Positions 25,483 to 36,654 of a stretch of DNA of 64,000 nt are shown here, one piece after another. The DNA is from Klebsormidium nitens. Taxonomy: Eukaryota; Plantae; Klebsormidiophyceae. The position numbers were made by a program, and so were the translations under genes. Below the pieces are notes generated by a model. That model saw only the letters and a list, made by a program, of their open reading frames with translations, did not search any database and was not told where the DNA came from. Where the stretch lies: NCBI GenBank assembly GCA_000708835.1, contig DF236965.1, positions 337,726-401,725 of the forward strand, read 5' to 3'. How positions within the stretch are numbered: the first letter of the stretch is position 1; each line of letters opens with the position of its first letter.

Positions 25483-28400
25483 ATGGCAAGGTTTGAGCAT
25501 CTTGCCGTCTTTGTGACAGCATTGCTTGGATTGCTGCAAGTGCAGCAGGTAGCGGCAGGCGCATGGAAGGACAGCATGCTGCATCCAGTCATCATCTTTC
25601 CAGGATTCTCGTATTCCAGACTGCGAATCACAGTAAGCAACCTGTATACTATGCTTCTTGGGGCCCAAAGCAACCAGTTCACTTGAAATAAGGCCAATGC
25701 CGCCGGAGTAGTTTTCACCTTTCTGATCCCAATTGATTACATGCTGTTTGCAATCCTCCTCAATTGCATCTGCTTTCAATGTTCACTCTTGGCTTAGAAA
25801 GTATTGCGCCCGCTCTTCTGTATGTTCAACTTACAATACATGCAGAGTGTTTGCTGTCGCTGTTTAGATCCTCGCGCCACAGCCTGTGTGAGTGTGAAAC
25901 ACCACCAGCTTGGGCCCACAAGAATCTGCATCTTTCAACAATCCTTCAAATTAAGATCATTCTAGAGTAAAGAGGCACTTTGGAATGCATGTGCGCCAGA
26001 GCACTTTGAAGCAGCTTCGTCATCACCATGGCGTCTCCTCTGATAATTGTCAAGCTCAAGTGGCGCCCCTCTAACCTTGTCAAGCTCAAGGCGCCTGAGC
26101 AATACTCTGAAAGGCAATTCCAGAGTTCAGATCCTGAAAGACTGACCACAAAAGTTTTTTACGGACAGGCCGATGCACAGTCCGCGGCTGGTTTCTTGAA
26201 ATCTGCCGTTTGGTTTGTATGAAATCGGTTTACGAGATTTTAGGATCCGTGACTTTTCTGATCTTGGTTGTAACCTACAGATAAGCAGGTTCTCTTGGCT
26301 TCTAGTCCTGGAATGCTATAGTGGTTTTCTTGTAGTCTGAGAACTTCTTGGTTCCTTTCGTTTACTGCATTCTGTGCTTTGTTGCTGCTTCTCAACAAGA
26401 AGCAATACTTTGCAGTGTAGCAGTACCTTCCACCCGTCAGCAATTCAGTCAGGATGTATCATGGTACTCAGCTGAGATCTGCTGTTTAAACGGTTCTGGA
26501 AACCTCCTAAGAATTCTGAAAACCTCCTAAGAGTTGTTAGTCACAGCTGACTTGATCAGTTTTTGGGTGAGTGCCTAACGATCCTGATCACCTCAGCCTA
26601 CTCAGCGCATACTTTGAGACTAGGTTAGTTACTTAAGGTTCGTCAGCTAGACCGAATAGCCATCAGAGGCACTCATCAGTGATTTTCAAGTTTCAAAGAC
26701 TGGTCCCTTCATCAGTGCAGCACTGCTATTTTCATGAGCAGCCCTGGTCGTGAACATCACAAAAACCTCTCATTCCATTCTGATGTTCTTTCAAAATAAC
26801 CTGCTAGATCAAGACGCTTGTCCTCCTAGGTGAACGCCACGTTTGCTGCCCCTGACATCCCCGATTGCCGTGCTTCCACTCCCACCACCTTCGACTTCTT
26901 CTACGGCTTCGATCCCGCAACAATCCCGTTCAGTGAGGAGTGCATCTTCCGCATGCTGGAGCCTATTTACACCAACTCGTCTGGGGCACTATCCAATCGT
27001 TTCAGCCCCCAGCCTGGAGTCCAGGTAGAGTTTAGACTCCTGCTTCTTCAACCCTTTTTTGAGTCGTATTCGTCCATCTTAGTTTCCACCCGGTTAGAGT
27101 CAAGTAGATTCTGCTCGAAGTCGAGGTTCTGTATCCCAGTTCTTGAGGCAGAAACACCAAAAGCATAGCCTGGCATTACTCTCTGAATTTGACCAATGCA
27201 CGAGTCAGTGTACAGAACCGTGTCTGAGGGGCGTCCAAGGACAGAGTCGTTTAGAAATCTGGAGCCCTTACTGAATTTGTCTCCTCTCTGTCCCCGACGT
27301 ACAATCCGGCTTTGATATCGTGCTAGCCTGAAAGCGGGGAGAGCGGGGTGTTTAAAGTTCAAGTCACAAAGACAGAGTCGGGCAGGCAAACACTTTTTCC
27401 TGTTGCCTGTGAGGTCATCGGGCAGGCTCGAGGGGTACGACGACTTCACTGCCAACCTGCTATAAACCGAAAGCTTTCTTCACGGTCATCCGGTGCCAGC
27501 GCATATGTCAGAGTGCACCAATCTTCCCTTACCAACCGTGGCAATCAAACTAAATCGCCCTTTCAAATTCGCCGCTTGTGTCCTTGCTTTTCAAACACGT
27601 GTGCTTCGTCCGACAGGTTTCGCTTCCTTATCACGGCACCACCCTCTGCCTCGGCGCGCTCCCCAATGGCACCACCGAGTGGGACTCTCTCATTTCTCAG
27701 TTCAAAGCACGGGGCCTTCGGGACGGGGAAACCCTGCGAGTTGCGTGCTATGACTGGCGCGCTTCGCCAAATGTGGACCTGATTCCCGACCAGCCCCTCA
27801 TTCCTCTGGTCAAGAGCATGATTGAGGACGCATACGAGAAGCAGAACGGGACGCGTGTGTTTCTGATTGGCCACTCGAACGGGCCCGTCTATGCACAGCA
27901 CTTCCTCAACCAGATGGACACCGCATGGAAGGAGAAGTACGTTCAGGGGCTGATCGCGTATGCAGGTAAGCCGATTGAGTCTGAACGGGCCGACTTTGCC
28001 TCATTAACTCTTTAACACAGGAGAGTCCCTTCTTTGAACCAGCGACCAAGCACCACTTATTTTCGTGTACTGGTCGAAGGCCACTACTTGATCTGCTGAT
28101 TTCTGTGGAAACGCCAAGAGTCGTCGAACTTCCTGTGCTCGTCATGATCGAAGGTCGGTCGTGGCCGATGCTTTCTTCGCTGAAAGAGGTAAAAACGAGT
28201 ACCATAATCCTTTACTCGGGTCCGTTTAAAGCCTCTCTGTGACCGTCGAATCGTTTCTGCTCACCATCACCTTCAATTTTGAAATTATCATATTCGGAAG
28301 TCAGGTGACATCTAGTGTTCAAAGTCCGCTCAGGAAATATCATTAACCTGATCGAGCTGCCTCCGAAGTCACTTGTAGCAAATCAAGAACTACTACGCTG

Positions 28401-29929
28401 TTGCATGGTCCCTTTCCAGTCAACAGTTCTGTCTGTTCGTTCCCTACTGCAAAAAACTGGCCCAACCAGGGCTTCTTCTAGTAGCAAACGTTCCAAGCCG
28501 GATTGAGCTGCCTTCAGAAGATTTCTTTCAAGTCATGGACAGGCAATCTGTTGCCTTATTTCCATTCTCAGCGAGAAAAGCAATTCTTTTCGCTCGATCC
28601 TGATGCAAAGAAGTTGCCCGGTCAAGGCGGCTTCTACTAGCAGACGTTCCAAGCCGAGTTGAGCTGCCTTGAGCACATCGTCTCAATTTTCCCGTATTGA
28701 TATATTCAAGCATTCAGTTCGTGCCGTTCTGTCGCAGGAAACTGGCCCGGTCAAGGCTACTTCTACTCCTACTTCCTGGCCGGCCTGACGATCCAGCCCG
28801 AGTATATGGGGCTCAACCCGGCCACCGCCCGGTCCATGGCGACCTTCCCCAGCACGTACTCGTTTGCTGCCAACCCGGCAATCTTCACGGACGAGAACGA
28901 CATCGAGATCGTACGGACGTCCGTGAGGAGCTACCGGGTGTCCGACGCCAAGCAGCTGCTGATCGACGCAGGTGAGCAATGAGCTTTCATGCAGTTGCCA
29001 GGCCGTTAAGTGTTACTCTGCAGGTCGTAAGCAGGAGTTGTTGCATTCCGAAACATTTAGAAGTATCCTAAAGGCTAGCAGAAAGTAGTGTGAGCCTCCG
29101 AAAAGCACGCACGAGGACTTCGACGCTGCACCGCTGAGTGGTGTCTCCTGGGGGACTTGTTCGACCCAAACACGGTTGCTACTTTCGTTGTCAGATGAGG
29201 AGGTCGAGGAAGAAACAGAGTGAGGTTGCAGATTTTGAGACCGGACAAAAGATCCTGCAGGGATGGACAGAGTCCGGATCCGAACTTTCTCCGTCGATTT
29301 TCAGAACGAAAATGATGACTCTCAGGAACGGACTCGCTGACGCAGAATCCTTCGATAGACCGGAAAAGCGGCCGCCAGTAGACAAACGTAGAAAGGCCCA
29401 CTAAACATGCTACGGCCCCGTCGGCATAATGATTCTCCCCTTTTCCGAACTTTCACGGCGTGACAACACGTTGAAACTTGATTACTGATCTGCTCGCTCG
29501 TCCCCAAGCGCAGGTTACGGTACGAAGGAGCTCGAGTTTTACGACCTGTTCAACGGTGCCGTCACCCCAAATGAATGGCCAGGCGTGAACGTGCATGAAT
29601 TCTTTGGTACGAACCTGAAAACCGAAGTAGGCACAGTGTATTCCGTCCCCGCGAGCATTGGGCTAGAGTCGAGTGGAAGCCTGACCCGTTTGGGTGACAT
29701 GAATCAGGAAGATATTGTGAATGATTCGACATTAGAGTTGTGGCAAAAAGCAGCCGCGAAGGCAGAGAACTGTAGGTTTTCAGCAACCGAGCTAGACCGT
29801 GTGAACCATTTCCAGTACTTGAGCCAACGGACAGTGATAGGGATTACGGTCAGGCTGATGACAGTCAAGCGGGACGTCGAGTCTGTTTGTGAACCCGGGG
29901 ACGACTTCAATGCTTTGCTAGATCAATAG
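25483..29929 (+). CDS. Secreted LCAT/lysosomal-PLA2-family acyltransferase or phospholipase, about 447 aa, 5 exons
   Basis: Exons 25483-25632, 26830-27024, 27617-27965, 28738-28971, 29514-29929 (1344 nt). Signal peptide, HPVIIFPG (oxyanion-region motif), YDWR, nucleophile elbow IGHSNG, candidate Asp (QEDIV) and His (VNH) in the expected order. Confidence 0.85.
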
Positions 29930-30939
29930 CATCTCAGGCTTCAATATGAGCTTCTCTGCGATGCTAGGCTAAATCTTGATTGATTGCAGTTGGTCTGTTG
30001 TACGACTCAATTGGTTATGTTGCATGCAAATCGATCGAAGCTGCATGAGGCATGTGCTCGTATGATGTATCTGCGCACGAAAATGGCTCACTTTGGACGA
30101 TCAGTCGCCTCCATATGAAAGCACCGGAGGCACATGACCAAGAGCACGAGTGTCGACGTACCCGGCTGCCAAGAGGCTGGGACGCATGACAATTTGAACG
30201 TGCGCGAGGATCAAATTGTTCAATACCGTATAGTAATTGCACATATCCCAGCCTCGTTGCTGAGTCCGATATACATCGGAGGGCCAATTGCTGCATGTTT
30301 GAGTTCAAGAATTCTAAGATTCCGTTCAACACCTTCTAACATGATCATAAGTCTTTCCTGGGGTAACACAGCAAACGGCCACATCAGGTACAACAATCGA
30401 GTTACGGATGCAGCACCTCTCAGAAGGTCACCGGATGAGCTCGTTTCAATAGAGCGGAGCCTTTCATAGGAAGCCGCTGTCGACCCGTAAGTTTCAAGGC
30501 AAGGCTTTTGACGTTCACTCAAGAGCTGCAAACGCCTGTTTTATAGCCAGCATGATATGTTCAGCGAGTTTTGGGGGACTGAGTGCCCCTGCAATCTGGC
30601 AGTATCCTGCAAATCTGAAACCTTGTCATCTGGGTCGAAAGGTCTGCATTGCTGCATATCTCGTTCCGTCATCATCCTGGACTTCGTGTCATTAGTATGA
30701 ACCACCAAGGCCGAGGAAGCCGCTAACATGAGGGAACTATTTTGGCGGCGCCCAGTGGGACTTTTTGAGGGCGCAGCGAGACAATATAATGGATACATGA
30801 GGGATGAATGATTCCAATACCCTCCTTGATTGTGCTGCTTTCTCGTGGGCATCCTACTGCAAACCCGGCCACTTCCATATAGAGCTCCCCAGCACGCGCT
30901 CGAAGCGCATCGAAGCCTACAACATAACCATCGGATGGT

Positions 30940-31300
30940 GTGCTTACGGCAACAAGGGGTAAAGAAACGGTCATGGCATTCCGCGGAACCGCTGACTTGC
31001 GAGGTGTAAGAAGGGACGTTCAAATCTAGCGTGAGAAACCCAATCAAAAGGTAGGTTGCGTCAATGCATATGGTGTGTATGTCCATGACGACTTTGCAGA
31101 CGCGTTCGTAAGGGTCTACGACGTGTGCATGGAGGCAGTATCGCGGGCATTCAGAGAAACAAAGATGATGTTGATCACGACCGGACATGCTTTGGGCGGA
31201 GCACTAGCCAGCATGTGCGCATTGTGTGCAGCATCCAAGCACCCAAGAGGGACGTGACGTGTATCACATTTGGTGCGCCTGGGGTACCATATCTTCCCTC
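30940..31300 (+). pseudogene. Class-3 lipase (Lipase_3) remnant
   Basis: TVMAFRGT (30970-30990), in-frame TAG at 31027-31029, VHDDF, TTGHALGGALA (31183-31200), then TFGAP only after a frameshift near 31255. Confidence 0.7.
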
Positions 31301-31719
31301 ATGAGAGCATGCAATAATGCCAGACCTGGAAGGGGCGCTTGGAGTCAAGAGCCTCCGAGTCAAGATCCATGAGAAGGGCAAAGATGTGAAGTTGCGCTCG
31401 CTCTGCAACGGGATTATCAAATGTCCGTAACCTTGATAACGAGGTTGCGGTTGGATGATTTGTACGTTAGACTATGACCTGAAGCTACTGGACAAAGTCT
31501 GCTCTATGAGCGAGGCTGGAAAACCCGAGTATTTGTAGCACATTAGGATTAGAGAACGACAGAATCTTGAGGCGCCAGTTGAAGGATGAGGCCCAAAGCT
31601 TCTAAACGTCTTCGTCCAAGGACTGGAGGATACATAAGGCGGTCTCCTTGTGGGTTTGTCTGTCTGCTCCTTTTACTCTTGCATTCTTACACTAGCTGCA
31701 TCCTAGCTTTGCTCCACCT

Positions 31720-32697
31720 CTAGCTGACGAAACAAGCAAGGTAGATCACTTCGAACAGAAGGATGGGGGTGAAGCTCAGCGTCGCAAATGCCGAGACAAA
31801 CGTCTTGAAAGGAATCTCGCCTTTATCATCATTCCAGGTCTGTGGATCCGCCGACAGATACTCCCCGTATGGAGAACCCGCCGCCAGAATCTGAGCGCAC
31901 ATGCCCTTGGGCATGCCTATGTAGAATTGAAAGAGGGGTCTTTCGCTTCCCCCATCCCGACGTCTGGTGGCCTTGCAACGATGAAGACTCAGCGAAATGT
32001 TGTTGGCTTGAAGAAGAGGGTTGATCTTGGTGTCCGGATCAGGCAGGTTGAAGCTTCGGAGTTCATCAACGTTTTCCGACCAGTTCCCCGTCAGCACTAA
32101 GCTGACTATCAGGCCCACGAAGATTGAAATTATGAAGACCGAAACGAGCATCTCTCCAATATCGATGTACTGCGCTCTGCATATCTGGCAGACGCTTTTG
32201 GTCAAACAGAAGGTAACGACCAGAAGTGCTAGCGCCCCCGGCCAGTCAGCTAAGCTCAGCCACCTACGGAGCGTGAAAAGCCAGAATCTGCCATGGGCCG
32301 AATACTCCTCCTCAGGCCAAGGTGCCATGGGAGGTGGAAGTTGGCAGCCGTTGGTATGTTCAACCACGTAGAAGTTGAACAAAGCCCCCATCTGCAGAAG
32401 ATAGTCCTCGCACTTGATGAGCTGCAGCGGGGGGTCTGACGGCAAGAGGTAGTTCTTCAGCGTCGTGTTGGTGCGGAGGTACTCGTTGATGGGAGTCGGT
32501 TCAGGCAGTGTTAGGTTGCCATACGCAGGCGGCAGGGCACCCAGGACATAGCTGGTCTCCACGAGCGTCTTCACTCTCGTGTCGTGCTGTACGGCGCCAA
32601 CTTGAACGCCAGCAAGGAACAGACAGAACAAAATAACCGCAAGCCAGCTTGTCTCAAGCATCCATGGACGAAGAGTAGTCTTGCCAGTGGCCTCCAT
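31720..32697 (-). CDS. Intronless 325-aa hypothetical membrane protein, about 4 hydrophobic helices
   Basis: ATG-initiated uninterrupted ORF; hydrophobic stretches LAVILFCLFLAGVQV, LALLVVTFCL, LVSVFIISIFVGLIVSLVL, FATLSFTPILLFEVIYLACFV. No family recognised. Confidence 0.65.
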   Translation of the reverse strand: MEATGKTTLRPWMLETSWLAVILFCLFLAGVQVGAVQHDTRVKTLVETSYVLGALPPAYGNLTLPEPTPINEYLRTNTTLKNYLLPSDPPLQLIKCEDYLLQMGALFNFYVVEHTNGCQLPPPMAPWPEEEYSAHGRFWLFTLRRWLSLADWPGALALLVVTFCLTKSVCQICRAQYIDIGEMLVSVFIISIFVGLIVSLVLTGNWSENVDELRSFNLPDPDTKINPLLQANNISLSLHRCKATRRRDGGSERPLFQFYIGMPKGMCAQILAAGSPYGEYLSADPQTWNDDKGEIPFKTFVSAFATLSFTPILLFEVIYLACFVS

Positions 32698-34467
32698 GGC
32701 GAGCTATCAGCAGCAGTCGGTTTGTTCAGCAAAAGCCCCTCGCTAACAAGCTTAGCAGCGTCAGTCCTTTAGTATAGCTAGCCCGCTTCGACTTGTGATC
32801 TACTGACGGAATCCGCGAAGGAAGAGGAAATTGCGGCGCCCTGCTGAACACCCTATCTCAGCTGTTAGCAATTCACCAGAACAAAACCACCAGCCTGATT
32901 GTGCACTCTCTCTTTGAGCAAGACATATTGGCACGTGATCCGAGGTATGGTCTGCCACGTGCTGCTTTCGAGAACAGTCTGAAGCCGTTCGATCAGAAAC
33001 CAGCGGTTGCCTGAAGGACAGCTCCGCGCAGAGGCTACCGTACAGTCTCGTGGCTGTTATACCGGGTATCTGACTTTGACAAGTCCCAACTTTTGAGCTC
33101 CAGCAATGAAAGGTGAGATTGCCAACTGGACGATCGACCGGCTCTCGTTTAGCAAATGATTGCGTAAACCCAAGAACAGGTGTTAGCGGCGTAACCATGG
33201 TGGCTTTGTTCAAGCTTACAAGACTTCTTGTAAGCAATGAAATTGGTGAAGATACGCGAAAGCTGTGCAAGATGGCCTGTTCACGTGGCTTCGTTAAAGC
33301 AGCCTAACCGATTTACGGAAAATGGATACCCGGTATAACAGCCACGAGAGTCCATATCGCTCGTCTCGTGCCATTTCTACTTTTTCATCGAGGGAGGACT
33401 CCTTTGTAGCCAATCTAGGCCGTCGGATGGTGCAATGCACTTTTTGATCGGACGGCTCTTTGTGTCCGACGTGGAAAGTAGCTTCAAAAAAGTCGCTAAA
33501 AACTTGTTAAAAGTGCACTGCGGTTGGTACCAGACCGGGTAGCTGGAAGGCACCGGATACCTTTCATAATGCCACGTCAATAAAGATTCCTCTTCGAGTC
33601 TTGGTCCAAAAGGGGAGTCCAAGATAAGGACACTCCAGACTGAAGATGTGAAAAATCTGACTCGGTATAAAGGGCACGAGAATGGTCGGGTAGACTGACG
33701 AAGTTGAAGTCATATGAGATGCAGTCTCAATAGCTCTCTCGGACCTCTTCTACTCCCACATCCGATTGCAGTGCATACTATTTTTCGAGAGTCGATCTCT
33801 CCTGAAATATCAACCTACTAATCCCACTTTGGAAATACCGTGACTATCTCTGAGACCGAGGACCCCTGACGATGCAGAAACGGCATAGAGCGGTGGCCTG
33901 CAAGTATGCTGTCACGGACTTTCTTTGATTTCCGACAAGACTGGTTTCAAAGGAATCGAGGCGAGGTCAACAGGACAACAAGTAGATCTAGAAGGCGCTC
34001 TAGATCTTCAGAGCCTCCCATCAGAGGCAGCATGTCATATTCGCTTTCAGCGACAATTGGGAGCAGATTGCTGAGATTTTCATACTTTTAGCAGTGCGCA
34101 ATGCTGCGTTTGTGACGAGCTATGCCAGCTTCGTGCGCAAGTCGAGTGGATCTGTACATGAAAAGGATCCAGTCTCAAGGATGTTGCCATCTTTCTGGTT
34201 TCCACATGTTGCTGACAAATGTGGTCTTCAGGAGGAGGTCGTGGTGCCCCCCAATGTGTCTCGCGGAGCCTTCAAAAAACTTCCGTCAAAGCTGTGGAAG
34301 TATGTGATTCACGCGCTGGAGGGGGATCTCTGCTACCATCGTTTATGTGCCTACGTTGCGTGCTTCGGGACTGTGTATGACGCAGGAACTTTTATTTGAA
34401 GGAGGGGTCCAGATGGAAGCCCGGATGTAAAAAGTCCTAGCTGCCTAGCGCCGCTCTATAGTAGGAT

Positions 34468-34787
34468 TGTTAGAATTGGGTTAGCAATTCTGGTCAATCG
34501 AATAACCAAGTGGTTGAGGAATCAACGGTCAAAGATACGAGTGATGAATGGCTGAGATTTAGGCGGGAAACGGTGTTGATCAGGAAAGCTAAACGGTCCA
34601 GATTGAGTCTGCAGATAGAGTGTAAGACTCTATAAAGACTGAGCAGATCGAACATGATTGTAATCAACACAACAGAGAAGCATGATAGAGAAGCAAGGCG
34701 CCTGTGAAAGGCGCTCGTGCTATTGTCTCGTGTGCAACATGTGACTGTCCATGAAGTGCAACGATGCAATGCGCCGATATTCCAACA
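34468..34787 (+). repeat. 5' LTR
   Basis: TGTTAGAATT...ATTCCAACA; identical to 37736-38055 except position 3 by visual comparison. Confidence 0.95.
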
Positions 34788-34800
34788 GGTTATGGGCCCA
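34788..34800 (+). promoter_or_regulatory. Primer binding site of the half-molecule tRNA-iMet type
   Basis: GGTTATGGGCCCA directly abuts the 5' LTR; same PBS type as Drosophila copia, which primes with a 5' fragment of initiator tRNA. Confidence 0.75.
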
Positions 34801-34914
34801 CGCCACGAGGTGAAGGCGCGGCTTGATGGACATGAGGTGAAGAGGGAGTGAAGAATGGTCTGCTGAAGAGAAGAAGAGGAGCTCAAGAAGAAGAGCTCGA
34901 GAGAAGCTGAAAAG

Positions 34915-35550
34915 ATGGCGGCGATTGAGAGGATCTCAATTCCGCAGCTGGGGACTGACAATTGGCCTGTGTTCAAGGACAAGTTTCTGGCGTTGCTAGT
35001 GTACAAAGGGCTGGCAGTGGCAATTGAGCAGCCTGATTCAGCAGAAGGGAAGAAAGCGAATGATCAAGCTAGAGCGTTGATCACTCCCTATATCCAAGAT
35101 GCGCATGTGAGATTGATCAAAGGAGAAAAGTCTGCTGCAAGAGCATGGGAAAAGCTGCAGCAGAACTTCGAGAAGATCAGTAATGCAAGGGTGATTCAGC
35201 TTAGAAAGAAGCTGACACGCATGAAGCTGAAGCCGAAGCAAGCGATCGTTGAGTACTTGGGAGAGTTCAAGGAGATCAAGCTGGACCTTGAATCAGCAAA
35301 CCAGACAGTTGACGACATGGAGCTTGCCGTGCATGCATTGACAGGCCTTCCAAAGGAGTATTCAACTCTGGTGGAAATCTTGGAGAACGGAGAAATGGAG
35401 CTGAACTTGGACAACATCCAGTCGAAGCTCGTGCAAAGAGAACAGAAGTTGAAAATGGAGGCCGAGATTGAGAGCAAGAGTTCAGAAGAAGAAGAAGAAG
35501 AAGAAAGGGACACATCAATGGCATTTTCAGCGCGAAGGGTGGAACCCTAG
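34915..35550 (+). CDS. gag: Copia Gag capsid region (UBN2/Retrotran_gag_2-like), 211 aa
   Basis: DNWPVFKDKF..LL..KGL, ARAWEKL...F, L...LTRMKL...IVEYL..F..I...L, LTGLPKEY are typical Copia gag signatures; ends at CCC-TAG. Confidence 0.85.
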   Translation: MAAIERISIPQLGTDNWPVFKDKFLALLVYKGLAVAIEQPDSAEGKKANDQARALITPYIQDAHVRLIKGEKSAARAWEKLQQNFEKISNARVIQLRKKLTRMKLKPKQAIVEYLGEFKEIKLDLESANQTVDDMELAVHALTGLPKEYSTLVEILENGEMELNLDNIQSKLVQREQKLKMEAEIESKSSEEEEEEERDTSMAFSARRVEP

Positions 35551-36466
35551 CAACTCAAGACCAGCGGAAAGAGGTCAGGATGCTAGAAGATGCTTTTGCT
35601 GTGGGGAAGAGGGCCACATCAAGGCGAACTGCAGAATGAAAGATGCAGAGTGCCACAACTGTGGCGGGAGAGGACACATGAAAGTGGTCTGCAGAAAGCC
35701 TAAAAGGTCAGCTGGAGAGCAAGCCTTTTCTGGATTCTCGAGGACGCTAGCATTCAATGCTTGGGACAACGGAACAGCTAGGCAATCAGGTGCTTGGATA
35801 GTGGACTCAGGTAGCACGCAGCATGTTGCAGCAGATCGAAGTCAGTTCAAGCACTACAGAAAGTTCAACAAGCCTGAAAGCATCGAAGGGATTGGAGGAC
35901 AACACGTTTTTGCAGTGGGAATAGGCTCAATAGAGTTGCTCTGTGAAACTCCTCGAGGCAAGACGCTGGTGACATTGCAAGAAGTGCGTCATGTGCCAGA
36001 AGCCAAGGCAAATTTGTTGTCTCTGAGCAAGGCAACCGATGCAGGAGCAGAAGTGGTGATGAAAAAGGGAGTCTGCCAGATTGTGGTGAACAACGTGGTG
36101 CAGCTGCGGGCATTGCAAGAGAATGGTCTGTGGAGAATCGAGTCTGTGGGAGCTGAGCAGAAGTCATTCTTCACAAGGGGACCAATCAAGAGAGAGGAGA
36201 CAGTGCAGAAACAGGAGAAGACTGTCAAGGAGAAGAAGGAGGAAAAGAGGACGGTCAAGATGATCGAGGTTGACCTTGACGAGGAGAGTGAGGAAAATGA
36301 GGAGCGGAAGGTGGAAGAGAGCGAGGAGGAGAAAGAAATGGAAAAGGAACGGACCGAGGAAGTGTCCGTCAGTGAGGAGAAGGAGGAGACGAGCGAGAAG
36401 TCAGCCAAGGGAGCGGAAAGCGTGGAAGGAAAAAACAGAAGAAACGAAGAGAAACGAGCTAGCTAG
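35551..36466 (+). CDS. Two CCHC zinc knuckles + aspartic protease + Glu/Lys-rich tail, in +1 frame relative to gag (copy 1)
   Basis: CFCCGEEGHIKANC, CHNCGGRGHMKVVC, WIVDSGSTQH, VRHVPEAKANLLSLS; no DDE integrase follows. Confidence 0.85.
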
Positions 36467-36634
36467 AGCGCAAGAGAACGTGTGCAAGAGACGAGAGACG
36501 AAGGGGACAGGCGCTACCCAGATCGGCAGAGGAGGAGTCCAATCAAGTTTGGGGCGATCGGAGATAGCTTTGTTTGGACCACGCCGAAGTCGAAGTACAA
36601 AGGGTAGCATGATGAAAAGAAAGGAAGTAGAGAG

Positions 36635-36654
36635 NNNNNNNNNNNNNNNNNNNN
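36635..36654. other. Assembly gap (20 N) inside the LTR element
   Basis: Run of N. Confidence 1.

Noticed and set aside
6539-31300. Lipid or oxylipin gene cluster (acyl-CoA ligase, LCAT-like, lipase)
   Set aside because: The genes are split by the 11-kb TERT, one is a pseudogene, and the LCAT-like protein appears secreted while the ligase is peroxisomal; no evidence of a shared pathway.
34094-34399. Possible F-box-like fragment (LPSKLWKYVIHAL)
   Set aside because: Too short and weak, with no supporting exon structure.
34494-35006. 170-aa minus-strand ORF (and 37762-38106) over the LTRs
   Set aside because: Antisense to LTR and gag, Ser/Leu-rich with no domain; duplicated only because the LTR is.
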